Below are positions 26,241-35,658 of a DNA stretch of 64,000 nucleotides, one piece after another (position 1 is the stretch's first letter; each line of letters starts with the position of its first letter). The stretch is from Bacteroidales bacterium. GTDB lineage: Bacteria > Bacteroidota > Bacteroidia > Bacteroidales > UBA12077. The position numbers were made by a program, and so were the translations under genes. The stretch spans positions 37,050 through 101,049 of the forward strand of contig JAGXLL010000003.1 in assembly GCA_018334675.1 (NCBI GenBank). The letters run 5' to 3'. The notes below the pieces were generated by a model. The model searched no databases. It worked only from the letters and a program-made list of their open reading frames with translations, and was not told where the DNA came from.

Positions 26241-27803
26241 TTACACCCTTGCCGATTCCCGCTCCTTCAGAGCTTTTTCCTGAATGATCTCCTGAACAGG
26301 CCTTTCCTGGATCTTGCTTTCCAGCCATGAGATGATGTCCAGATAAAGAAAAGAGCGTTTCTCAAATGGATTGGTCTCCAAACTCACCAGCTTATCATGA
26401 AGTCTGACAAATTCTGATTTGAGATCCTCTATCTGAATATGACTCAGCCGCCTCAGAAAATCGAGTATACAGCGCTGCACCTCCTGCAGGTTTTCCATCT
26501 TAGAGAGAAAACGATAGGTGGATTTTACCTGATACTCCACCAGCTCATCATTACCCAGTTCGAAATGGGTTACCAGGTTGAGCAGACGGGCAAAACTGTG
26601 AATATCTCCCCTTAAGGAGATGTCTCTGTAATTAAGCACATAATTTACATATCTCAGGGCAGACTTAAAATCCCCACTTCCAAAATAGAGCGAAGCCAAC
26701 TTATAGTAAAAGACCAGTATGCGATGATTGTCCAGATTACGTGAGTAATCACCGATGAAACGGTTGATATTGTCTACCAGGTCAAGCCCTTCAGTGAAAG
26801 TACCCTCCAAAAAATGGTGGTTGATGCTGTGGGTATAAAAGAACATGTAATACAGCATCTTATTGTTGTCGTTAAAGGGAATGGTCTTATCATGGATCAG
26901 CTGTTCCAAATGCTTCAACTCTTGCTCGAATTTGCTGTGGTAACGCAACATATGAAGGGCCCCCAACAAGTTGTTCATGCCCTTGAGATACATATCCGTT
27001 TGCAGAGCGATCATCTCCTGATTCTCACGGAAAAGCTCCACCCATCTCAAAGCATATTTATAACACATCAAAAAATCCTGGATGATGTAATAATACCACA
27101 CATAGGACTGGTATATGTAGAGTTTTTCATAAAAATTGCAGCTGGCAAGGTCCTTGGGAAAATCAAAGTGGGAATTAAAAAAACTGCTGACCATCAACAT
27201 GTCTTTCTTATTTCTGGCTGAACCAACCCTCAAATAAAGGCTATAGAGCTTCAGGGCCAGATTGGAATACTTCTGGGCCGAACTGATCCGGCGGGCCACT
27301 TCCCCGGCTTCATCGATCAGTTCATCCGCACGATCCTCCAGACTCCGTGTGATATATTGCACCTCTATGTTCTTCTCAAACTCTATAATTTCCATCTGCA
27401 AGATATTCTTTCGGTTACTGGCGGCCTGGGCCTTGGCTTTCTCGAGTATCTTAAGCGCTTGTTTGTAAAGACCTTTGCTATATAAAACCCGGGCATAATC
27501 AATTGATTCCCGGATGCTGATCTCTTTATCGAAAACTGCATACTTCAGGCGCAAACTCTTGAGAAGCTGTTTATAAAGATGGGCCTTCAGGTTAGAGAGT
27601 TGCTGCGGTTTGATGCTTCGGGCCTTTTTAAGAATGGCCGACTCATCGTATTCTTCCTGTTTATCCAGGATATCGAAAAGCTGAAGAAATTTGGTCCCCT
27701 CTCCACTCCTCATACGGTTTACATAAAGCTTAAAATTCCGTTTTTCCGATTTGGACAACGACTTTATCAGTTGAAATAAATGATCGGTTTGTTGTTTGGG
27801 CAT
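26241..27803 (-). CDS. Conserved-looking all-helical (TPR-like) protein of unknown function
   Basis: 520 aa uninterrupted ORF with no shadow competitor. It has repeated helical hairpin-like segments (e.g. ARVLYSKGLYKQALKILEKAKAQA, SLYFGSGDFKSALRYVNYVL). Only 4 nt separate it from the downstream GNAT gene. Confidence 0.55.
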   Translation of the reverse strand: MPKQQTDHLFQLIKSLSKSEKRNFKLYVNRMRSGEGTKFLQLFDILDKQEEYDESAILKKARSIKPQQLSNLKAHLYKQLLKSLRLKYAVFDKEISIRESIDYARVLYSKGLYKQALKILEKAKAQAASNRKNILQMEIIEFEKNIEVQYITRSLEDRADELIDEAGEVARRISSAQKYSNLALKLYSLYLRVGSARNKKDMLMVSSFFNSHFDFPKDLASCNFYEKLYIYQSYVWYYYIIQDFLMCYKYALRWVELFRENQEMIALQTDMYLKGMNNLLGALHMLRYHSKFEQELKHLEQLIHDKTIPFNDNNKMLYYMFFYTHSINHHFLEGTFTEGLDLVDNINRFIGDYSRNLDNHRILVFYYKLASLYFGSGDFKSALRYVNYVLNYRDISLRGDIHSFARLLNLVTHFELGNDELVEYQVKSTYRFLSKMENLQEVQRCILDFLRRLSHIQIEDLKSEFVRLHDKLVSLETNPFEKRSFLYLDIISWLESKIQERPVQEIIQEKALKERESARV

Positions 27804-28066
27804 TGTAATTCTGGCTTGAGGGTTTTAACAATACGTTACTTAAATCCAGCATTTTAGCAAATCAAATAATGGATGTAACCATCGTAATATAATTTGATTT
27901 TGATTTTACCAATTGCAGGGATGCCATTAGTTTTGGACCCTTTGAATAAAACAAAAACGGGTTAAAATTAAGAATTCTTTTCGAATGTTGTCAAAATCAA
28001 CAAAGAATTCAGCAAACCCTGTGAGATGAAGGAAAATGAAGTGAAAACAACAAAACCAGAGCGAAC

Positions 28067-28279
28067 ATGTTTTTAATTATCAATGAGTCAGGATTCGTTT
28101 ATGATGATCAGGGAAAGGTCAACGGAAGGGAGTATATGAATCCGGAAACCGGAGAGATGCTGGGAACGGATGAAAACAATAACCATCAGGTATCGGAATA
28201 TCTTCAGCGCTGCAGCGTGAATTATACAGATGAAAATCAAAAAAACAGACATTTGAACCTGGAAGACATGAATCCTTAA
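28067..28279 (+). CDS. Small acidic hypothetical protein (70 aa)
   Basis: Stand-alone ORF in a gene-free gap, followed 65 nt downstream by a strong terminator. No recognisable family. Confidence 0.35.
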   Translation: MFLIINESGFVYDDQGKVNGREYMNPETGEMLGTDENNNHQVSEYLQRCSVNYTDENQKNRHLNLEDMNP

Positions 28280-28343
28280 TTTCAGAACAGCTTTTACTCA
28301 AGTGGATCCCTAATATTTTCAAGTGTTATCTCCTTTTATCTTT

Positions 28344-28385
28344 CCCCGCCAGGGCCTTGTAAGGCATGATCCTGGCGGGGTTTTT
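28344..28385 (+). terminator. Rho-independent terminator
   Basis: Perfect 10-bp GC-rich stem ccccgccagg (28344-28353) / cctggcgggg (28371-28380) followed by T5. Confidence 0.75.
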
Positions 28386-28405
28386 AAGATATCTTCTTAA
28401 TTTTA

Positions 28406-28413
28406 TATCTTTG
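28406..28413 (+). promoter_or_regulatory. Bacteroidota-type -7 box candidate (TATCTTTG)
   Basis: Exact TAnnTTTG match just after the terminator and about 53 nt upstream of ATG 28466. Confidence 0.3.
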
Positions 28414-28465
28414 CAATATGACCCGGTTATAAGCGTTATAAACAGTCCAACAAATAACCCACTTC

Positions 28466-28945
28466 ATGCTGCAGGATCTTATACGCATCAAACCACAAAC
28501 CCAACGCAACTATCACACCCGGTGGTATGAACTGGCAACGCCGGTTCGCAATCCTAAAGCAAAAGCCCGGCATTATTTTCAGTGGGCTCTGATCCATCAT
28601 GCCAGAAAAAAACCTGCCGAGGCTTATAAATATTATGAAAAAGCGATCGTTCATCACCGGCATCCTTTATATCTGCGGCAAATGGCATTGCTGCACCATG
28701 AGATGGGTTACTTCAGGGACGCGTTGAGATATATGCGTACGGCATTCCATCTGGAGGAGGAAGCTTTGAGGAGGAAGCAACAGGAGATACAGGAGCAGAA
28801 GGCTCACAGAGATACACGCACCCTGGAAGGTTCTGTATTTTATACTGCAAACCATACCGGGCATGTAAACGGCCTGTATATTCAGGACCATACCTTTGCC
28901 TCCGGAAGGGATTCTTTGCATGTTGAGGCCAAGGCAAAGGAATGA
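28466..28945 (+). CDS. Hypothetical protein (159 aa, His/Arg-rich, one TPR-like helix pair)
   Basis: ORF with a candidate promoter box upstream. AEAYKYYEKAIVHHRHPLYLRQMALLHHEMGYFRDALRYMRTAF resembles a TPR unit. No family recognised. Confidence 0.4.
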   Translation: MLQDLIRIKPQTQRNYHTRWYELATPVRNPKAKARHYFQWALIHHARKKPAEAYKYYEKAIVHHRHPLYLRQMALLHHEMGYFRDALRYMRTAFHLEEEALRRKQQEIQEQKAHRDTRTLEGSVFYTANHTGHVNGLYIQDHTFASGRDSLHVEAKAKE

Positions 28946-28982
28946 TCTCTACTCAGCCCTTTGTCCGGGGATACCCTTTGTT

Positions 28983-31541
28983 TCAGGAAGAAGCTTTGGG
29001 CAGGGTAAAAGAAAAAGTACTTCCAGCCCCATGGCGGCTGTATGCCTGTATCTCTCCCCCGTTTTTAGCAACGAATTCCTTGCACAGCAACAGGCCCAGG
29101 CCGGTTCCCTTTTCTTTATCGGTGCCCTCAGCACTGTGGGCTTTTCCAGGTTGAAATATCTGGTTGATTTGTTCCTTTGAGAGACCCATCCCGGTGTCGC
29201 GCACCTGGAACTCCCAAAACCGGCCCTGGTCTCTCACGTCAATTTCTACTGAACCCCCTTTACCCGTAAACTTAATGGCATTGGACAACAAATTTCTGAC
29301 CACCGAGGTAATCATATTGTAATCGGCATAAACGGGAATATTATCCCTGATATGGTTGACCAGCTCAATTCCCTTTTCTTTTGCTCTTTGCTGATGCATG
29401 GAAAGAGTTTCATCCACCAGCTCCGACATTTCAAATTCCCTGGAATTGATGGAGATCTGCTGAAGTTGGCTCCTGGACCATTGCAACAAATTCGACAGCA
29501 ATTCATATGCATCTCGTGTAGTGGTGTAAATCGACTGATGAAAGGTACGGATCTTTTCGGGATCCATGCGGTCGGCTTTCCTGACCAGCAGATCCGACAA
29601 GCCAAGCAGCGAATTAAAGGGATTTTTCAGGTCGTGGGAAATGATGGAAAAGAACTTATCCTTTGTGGCATTGGCCTGCTCCAGTTCTTTTTGCTTCTGA
29701 ATCAAATCCTGCTCCACTTCTTTTATCCGTGTGATATCAGAATCTACGGCAATAATCCGTTCAATATTACCCTCTTGATCAGTAATGGGAGTGAGCGTGG
29801 TTTGAAAACTATATAGTTCACCATCCATGCCCTTAAGGGAAGATTCATAATTGATGGATCGCTTCTTTTCATAGAAGTTTTTTACCAGCTCGTTTCTTGA
29901 TTCACAAGAACTCAAACTAAAGAGATCTTCACCGGCAAAATCCTCCGGCTTTTTACCATAAAACCGGGAAACAGCCTGGTTCACCCACTCAATGCTACCC
30001 CGGGCATCAGCCAGAAAGATCAGGTTGTCTGTTTCACTGGCGACAATAGATAATTTTTTGAGTTCTTCATTGGCTTTCGCCAGTTCGTTTGACTGGGCTG
30101 CAATTTCGCGGTTCTGTTCGGCCAGTTGATGGTTTGTCCTCCTCTTGATCCGGTACAGCCGGTAGATGATGAAAGAGAAACCAAGTGTGAATACTGCTCC
30201 GATGATCAGCACCCCAAGCATCAGATTCTGTCTCTTGATGCGTGCATCCTGCAATTTCCCCTGGGTCTCAAGCAAAGTAATCCGTTGCTCCTTTTTATCG
30301 GTGCGGTAACGAATCTGCCATTTGGCAATGTTGTCAGCACTTTTACGTGAAAAAATCGAATCGGCATACCTGTCATATATTTTATAATATGCCAGGGCCT
30401 GCCCGGGCTGCCCCTTCTTCTCATACATCTTATACAACTCATAATAACAATCGCGAAGGATGGCTTTATCTCCCAGTCTTTGAGCCTGAGCTTTTGCTTC
30501 TTGAAGAAATTTCCCGGCCGGTTTCATTTCATCAATCATGCGATAGCATCTGCCTATCCGGTATAAGCTGTGGGCCTGCCCATCCCGGTCGTTGATACGC
30601 GAGTAAATATCCAATGCATGCCGATACATCTGCAAAGCCCGGGAACAATTTCCCTTTTGGTTTTCCAGGTTGGCCAGATTCAGGAAATTAGAGGCAACTC
30701 CGTTTTGACGGTTTAATTGCCTGGAAAGATACATCGCTTTTTGATAATACATCCGCGCGCTATCCAATGATTCCTGTTTCTCAAACACAGTCCCGATGTT
30801 GGAATAGATATTCGATAAACTGACCCGGTCGTTCGCTTCCTTTGAAACTTCGGCCGCCCGGAATAAATGCTGAAGGGCCTTGTCAAGACTATCAATCTCC
30901 CTGTATATCAATGCAATATTACTTAAGGCAGCAGAGATCCCATCCTTTTTGAGATGAAGCTTTTCGCTGATGCGGAGAAACTCCATATAATTTTCCAGTG
31001 CACTGTCATAATCACTAAGATGCAGGTAGGTATTGCCCAGATTATTATATCCCATACCCATATGATGCTTTCGGCCAAGTTGTTTGGAAAGTTCAATATA
31101 ACGCCGGATATGGGTGAGTGCCTCGGGATAGTTGCCCAGATTTTTGTGGGTGATGCCTATATAATTATGGGCGTTGGCAATCAGAAAAGTATCTTTTGCT
31201 GCCCGGGATGTATCATGGAACAGATTGGCATAATGTAAGGCAGAATCATATGAGCCGGTTATCTGGTGTATACGGGATATCCGTCCCAGCGTTTTTGCTT
31301 TTAACCTCTGATCGGGAAAGGAATTCAACACCTTATGGGCTTTTTCAGCATATTGCATCGCTAGCTGAGGATCCTCATATTTAAGTTCCCGGGCAAGCTC
31401 CTGCAATACGGCTGCTCTTTCACTTCCGCTGACAGATTTCAGCCGCTCTTTAAGGCTGTCGATTGGGAGGTCTTGTGCATAGAGGGCCAAATTGAAAAAC
31501 AAAAAGACCAAAGAAAACAATACCCTGTTCAATAAATACAT
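28983..31541 (-). CDS. TPR-repeat sensor histidine kinase (signal peptide, TPR array, TM, PAS, HisKA, HATPase_c)
   Basis: 852 aa with many TPR-like repeats in the N-terminal half and one TM (LMLGVLIIGAVFTLGFSFIIY). A PAS-like segment is followed by H-box FSIISHDLKNP, N-box LLSNAIKFT and the G-boxes DTGMGL / GTGLGL. No response regulator is adjacent. Confidence 0.85.
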   Translation of the reverse strand: MYLLNRVLFSLVFLFFNLALYAQDLPIDSLKERLKSVSGSERAAVLQELARELKYEDPQLAMQYAEKAHKVLNSFPDQRLKAKTLGRISRIHQITGSYDSALHYANLFHDTSRAAKDTFLIANAHNYIGITHKNLGNYPEALTHIRRYIELSKQLGRKHHMGMGYNNLGNTYLHLSDYDSALENYMEFLRISEKLHLKKDGISAALSNIALIYREIDSLDKALQHLFRAAEVSKEANDRVSLSNIYSNIGTVFEKQESLDSARMYYQKAMYLSRQLNRQNGVASNFLNLANLENQKGNCSRALQMYRHALDIYSRINDRDGQAHSLYRIGRCYRMIDEMKPAGKFLQEAKAQAQRLGDKAILRDCYYELYKMYEKKGQPGQALAYYKIYDRYADSIFSRKSADNIAKWQIRYRTDKKEQRITLLETQGKLQDARIKRQNLMLGVLIIGAVFTLGFSFIIYRLYRIKRRTNHQLAEQNREIAAQSNELAKANEELKKLSIVASETDNLIFLADARGSIEWVNQAVSRFYGKKPEDFAGEDLFSLSSCESRNELVKNFYEKKRSINYESSLKGMDGELYSFQTTLTPITDQEGNIERIIAVDSDITRIKEVEQDLIQKQKELEQANATKDKFFSIISHDLKNPFNSLLGLSDLLVRKADRMDPEKIRTFHQSIYTTTRDAYELLSNLLQWSRSQLQQISINSREFEMSELVDETLSMHQQRAKEKGIELVNHIRDNIPVYADYNMITSVVRNLLSNAIKFTGKGGSVEIDVRDQGRFWEFQVRDTGMGLSKEQINQIFQPGKAHSAEGTDKEKGTGLGLLLCKEFVAKNGGEIQAYSRHGAGSTFSFTLPKASS

Positions 31542-32111
31542 ATTCCGCGAGTTTAAACTTTTCGTACGTAAGTAACCTCATCGTTTAAATGGTTTGGGTT
31601 TGTTTGTGCGGAACAATATAGTTTTTTTAATTATTTTTACAAAAACCATGGGTGTATTGTTACAGACACATTGGCGTTATTCTTACGTAGAATCACTTAT
31701 TTTACCTGAGTGTTTTTCCGCTATTTCTGCCCCCGTATCATAAAACAATGAACCGCCCGTACAACAAGTACCTCAATATAAATAAGTTAATATCATGTTA
31801 AATTGTCATATATCTGGTGCATTTTTTTTTGATTTCAGAGAAAAAATATCATAGCCCTTCGATCCGTTACCTCTTACTTTCGGGTTAACCGGGGAAGACA
31901 CCACAAACTGGCTCTTAATAGGTTGAAAGCTAGTAGCCTGGAACAGCCAGATGGGTTCTTTTGAGTTTACATGGATAATTCAGGAAAATTCAATAATTTT
32001 AACCTTTTCAGACCTTAAATATAAAGATGCCGGTCATAGAATTGCTGAAATCACAAGCAGGAAAACCCCAACCGGCTTAAGGAAAAATCATCACCTTAAA
32101 ATCCAGATAAA

Positions 32112-33017
32112 ATGAAAAATAAACAATTAATTTTGTATGTGCTGTTATTGATGGTATTGTTAACAGGCTTCAAGTATGCTGCGAATGCTCAGGTTACCCG
32201 GGGAAAAGTAATCGAAGGATTGACCGTTGACAGCAAATTACTCAATAAAGAGGTAAGATATAGCCTATATCTTCCTTTCGATTACGAGACCTCCCAAAGA
32301 TATTATCCGGTCGTTTATTTGCTGCATGGATATACCGATAACGACATGGGATGGATTCAATTCGGAGAGGCACATCTGAAAACCGACCAAGCCATCGCCC
32401 AGGGGAAAATTCCACCCATGATCCTTGTGATGCCGGATGCAGGTGTTTCCTGGTACATCAATAATTACGACCATTCTCTGCCCTATGAGGATTTTTTCTT
32501 TGAGGAATTTATGCCTCATGTGGAATCGAAGTACCGCATCCGTCGGAAGAAGAGATACCGGGGAGTGGCGGGTCTTTCTATGGGGGGCTTTGGTGCAGTT
32601 GTTTATTCCCTGAAGCATCCCGGTCAATTTGCCGCATGCGCGGCCTTCAGTGCAGCCATATATACTCCGGAACAATTCAGGGAGTTTCCTCAGGAGCGCT
32701 GGAAAAACACCGAGGGTGTGGTTTATGGACCGGGATTAAAGGGTGAAGACCGCATCACCCAGCATTTTCTCAACAACAATGCTTTCCATATCGTGAAAAA
32801 CACCGATAAAAAGAAACTGAAATCGGTACGTTATTATATTGACTGCGGAGACGATGACGGACTATCCATTGCGAACAACAGTTTCCACAACCTGCTGATG
32901 AAGAAGGAAATTCCCCATGAGTACAGGGTTCGGGATGGCAGGCATCATTGGCCCTATTGGCGAAGCGGCCTGATCGACGGGCTTCAGTTCATCGGCGAAA
33001 GCTTTCATCAATTCTGA
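32112..33017 (+). CDS. Secreted esterase-family alpha/beta hydrolase (esterase D / enterochelin-esterase-like)
   Basis: 301 aa with a signal peptide, YPVVYLLHG and the nucleophile elbow GLSMGGFGA. Confidence 0.7.
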   Translation: MKNKQLILYVLLLMVLLTGFKYAANAQVTRGKVIEGLTVDSKLLNKEVRYSLYLPFDYETSQRYYPVVYLLHGYTDNDMGWIQFGEAHLKTDQAIAQGKIPPMILVMPDAGVSWYINNYDHSLPYEDFFFEEFMPHVESKYRIRRKKRYRGVAGLSMGGFGAVVYSLKHPGQFAACAAFSAAIYTPEQFREFPQERWKNTEGVVYGPGLKGEDRITQHFLNNNAFHIVKNTDKKKLKSVRYYIDCGDDDGLSIANNSFHNLLMKKEIPHEYRVRDGRHHWPYWRSGLIDGLQFIGESFHQF

Positions 33018-33026
33018 GGCGGAAGA

Positions 33027-34229
33027 TCAATCTTTTCGTCTTAACTTCACACGTTTGTAGTCGCCATCTTGGTCCTGATAGATTATCTCGAGGGTTTCGG
33101 AATCCTTCAGCACATTGTTCAGAAATGATTTACAGAATGCCTGCTCAAGGGAATCGGCATAATTATACTGATTGATGCGCAGGATAGGGTTGCCAGGCTC
33201 AAGTCCGAGGCTGTCGACCAGGGAATTTTTCCAAACCAGACCCACCCGAAAAGTATCTTGCTTGATCACCGGAGAAAAACCAAATCCCCTTGAATGGGGT
33301 ATCTGATACTCCATGGGCTTGCGATAGGGATCCAGGCAAAATCTTTTATCCTTATAATCGAGGGTTACTTTTCCATATTGAAACAACTGACTTCCTATGC
33401 TTGATACATTGGGGGTAACCTCGAGGTGGGGGTTGTGTATATTCTGACCGCAAATCAGGATCGAATCCAGTTCAATGCGGTATACGCGGTTATTTTCTCC
33501 AGGCCCGATCATACCCATCTGCTCCGATCCATATCCCTGTCGCTTCAACTCAAGAGATATCCGGTCTTTCATGATGTAATACTCCTCTCTGTGTATATTG
33601 ATCAAGCCTTCACGGCCGCTGTCAAAAAGAAAAAAGCCTTCGTGATTGGCGTCAAACCGGACGTGCACATGTGGGGAGCTTTGCCTGTCAAGGCGCATCT
33701 CTCTTGCTCCCTGCATATTATTGCTCAATCTCCGGGCATCATGGGCCAGGATAAACAAACTGTCGCGCAGATCAACCCGGACTGCAGCATCGCGGAGCAT
33801 GTTGCTCCCTATGATCCCATCTACCTGAAAACAGCTCCATGGGGGAGATTTCATATCATAAACAATGGCCGGGACCTGGTTAAAAGTGATGTCTCCCAGA
33901 TGCATGGCACCTGTACGAACCAAAAGGGAAGTATCCCGATTCTTATGGATGTCGTAAAAGTGATCTTCACCCATCACTGCGTAATCCATCTCCCGAAAAA
34001 GGGATTCGGAAATAACCGTTATGGCTCCGGTATCAAATATAAATCGCCGTATCTTCCCATTTATGCGAACCGGTAAGATGATCTTATCCTTTACATATTC
34101 TATGGGAAGGGTATCCTGATAGGCAGAGCCCTCCGCTCCGCCTTGATTCACCTTAACACTCTTCCTCAAAAAGTTACAGGAGAATAACATCAAAAACAAA
34201 ACCGTCATAACGATCGCTGCTCTCATCAA
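33027..34229 (-). CDS. Tandem retropepsin-like aspartic protease with C-terminal PDZ-like domain
   Basis: 400 aa with a signal peptide. It has two halves, each with a D(T/S)G motif (FIFDTGA; FLFDSGR) and a later hydrophobic-Gly motif (GIIGSN; SSIGSQ). The C-terminal GLEPGNPILRIN segment is PDZ-like. Confidence 0.65.
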   Translation of the reverse strand: MMRAAIVMTVLFLMLFSCNFLRKSVKVNQGGAEGSAYQDTLPIEYVKDKIILPVRINGKIRRFIFDTGAITVISESLFREMDYAVMGEDHFYDIHKNRDTSLLVRTGAMHLGDITFNQVPAIVYDMKSPPWSCFQVDGIIGSNMLRDAAVRVDLRDSLFILAHDARRLSNNMQGAREMRLDRQSSPHVHVRFDANHEGFFLFDSGREGLINIHREEYYIMKDRISLELKRQGYGSEQMGMIGPGENNRVYRIELDSILICGQNIHNPHLEVTPNVSSIGSQLFQYGKVTLDYKDKRFCLDPYRKPMEYQIPHSRGFGFSPVIKQDTFRVGLVWKNSLVDSLGLEPGNPILRINQYNYADSLEQAFCKSFLNNVLKDSETLEIIYQDQDGDYKRVKLRRKD

Positions 34230-34398
34230 AAAACAGATTATTCTAATCCCACATACGGATAACCCAGCCTCAGGTTATAAAACACAGGAGCTGGCTTAGT
34301 GTTGAAAGATATCATTTTTTATGGGATGTATTGAGATCACTCCCCGGAGAATGCGTAAATTTGCCAAATCTATATTCCCTTGTATCCCGGATGTACAA

Positions 34399-35640
34399 AT
34401 GAAGAAGAATACAAGAAGCAGCACATTAACCAAAGGAATCTCACGATCCAACTATTATTCCTTTCTATGGCACGCTGTTTTTCTTGCCCTGGCAAAAAAT
34501 TTCATGGATGTGGATACGATCATCCCGGCGATGATGATCGATTCAGGCGGCACCTCATTGCATGTTGGTTTGACGACAGCCATATTATTGGGAGGCTCCA
34601 AATTTGCCCAGTTATTTTTTGCCTCATTCATTAACAATGCCCGTTACAAAAAAGGTTACCTGCTTGTCGGCATCAATTCAAGGGTTTTTTCCCTACTGGC
34701 CCTGGCCATTCTTTTTTGGTTTTCAGGTATGATGGAGGGCGGCTTTGTTATCGGCATCATTTTCCTGTTCATCACCATTTTTTCAGTAAGCGGTGCTTTT
34801 GCCAATATCAGCTATACCGATATACTGGGCAAATCGGTGAGACCAGAAAGCCGCAAATCCTATTTTTCCATTCGCCAGGTGATCTCGAGCATTGGCATGT
34901 TTGTTTCTGCTTTTCTGGCAGCCAGGCTGTTGGCTGATACGGATTACCCGGTCAACTATGCCACATTATTTGGCATTGCAGCCTTAGCCCTGGGGATCTC
35001 CTCGCTGGGTTTTTGGAATCTGAGGGAGGTAGCGGCTTCCCAAACCCGCATTAGCAGTCCCGGACGTTTTGTGGCAGTGATACGTCAGGAGATACGGCGA
35101 AACAAACGCTTCCGGCATTACCTGATGCTGGTCAATACCCAGGGGGTAGTGCTGTCACTGATGCCTTTCCTGCTACTTTATGCCAAGGAACACTTTGATT
35201 CCGGCAATGATGTGGTAGGACACTTCCTGTTATTTAAGGTAACCGGAGGGGTGATCATCGGCAGCCTTTTGTTTTGGTTCTCCCGGCGGGTCCGGTATCA
35301 GAACATGCTGTATATAACCTCTTTGCTGGCACTTATCATCCCGGTTTACGTGATGCTGGAGCCCGGGCCTTCTCTTTTTGCCTTATCCTTTCTGGCAGGA
35401 GGGATTGTTTTCACCCTGCACAACATCTCCATCAACGGGGTATTGCTGGAAGTCTCCAACAATGAGAACAGAGCCCTTTACACGGGTTTGAGCGGAGCCG
35501 GCAATATCCTGCCGGCCGTATTTCCCTTGCTGGGAGGCTGGATCATTCAGCAATTTGGTTTTACTTTGTTTTTCAGTCTATTTATGGCCGTAACGGCCGG
35601 ATCGGTTTATTTTATCTACCGCCTGCAATGCCGGATTTAA
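34399..35640 (+). CDS. MFS-type transporter
   Basis: About 413 aa from ATG 34399 (MKKNTRSS...). The listed start 34321 adds a non-membrane leader. There are about 12 hydrophobic segments. Confidence 0.65.
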   Translation: MKKNTRSSTLTKGISRSNYYSFLWHAVFLALAKNFMDVDTIIPAMMIDSGGTSLHVGLTTAILLGGSKFAQLFFASFINNARYKKGYLLVGINSRVFSLLALAILFWFSGMMEGGFVIGIIFLFITIFSVSGAFANISYTDILGKSVRPESRKSYFSIRQVISSIGMFVSAFLAARLLADTDYPVNYATLFGIAALALGISSLGFWNLREVAASQTRISSPGRFVAVIRQEIRRNKRFRHYLMLVNTQGVVLSLMPFLLLYAKEHFDSGNDVVGHFLLFKVTGGVIIGSLLFWFSRRVRYQNMLYITSLLALIIPVYVMLEPGPSLFALSFLAGGIVFTLHNISINGVLLEVSNNENRALYTGLSGAGNILPAVFPLLGGWIIQQFGFTLFFSLFMAVTAGSVYFIYRLQCRI

Positions 35641-35658
35641 ACCTGCCGGGTGCGGAAT

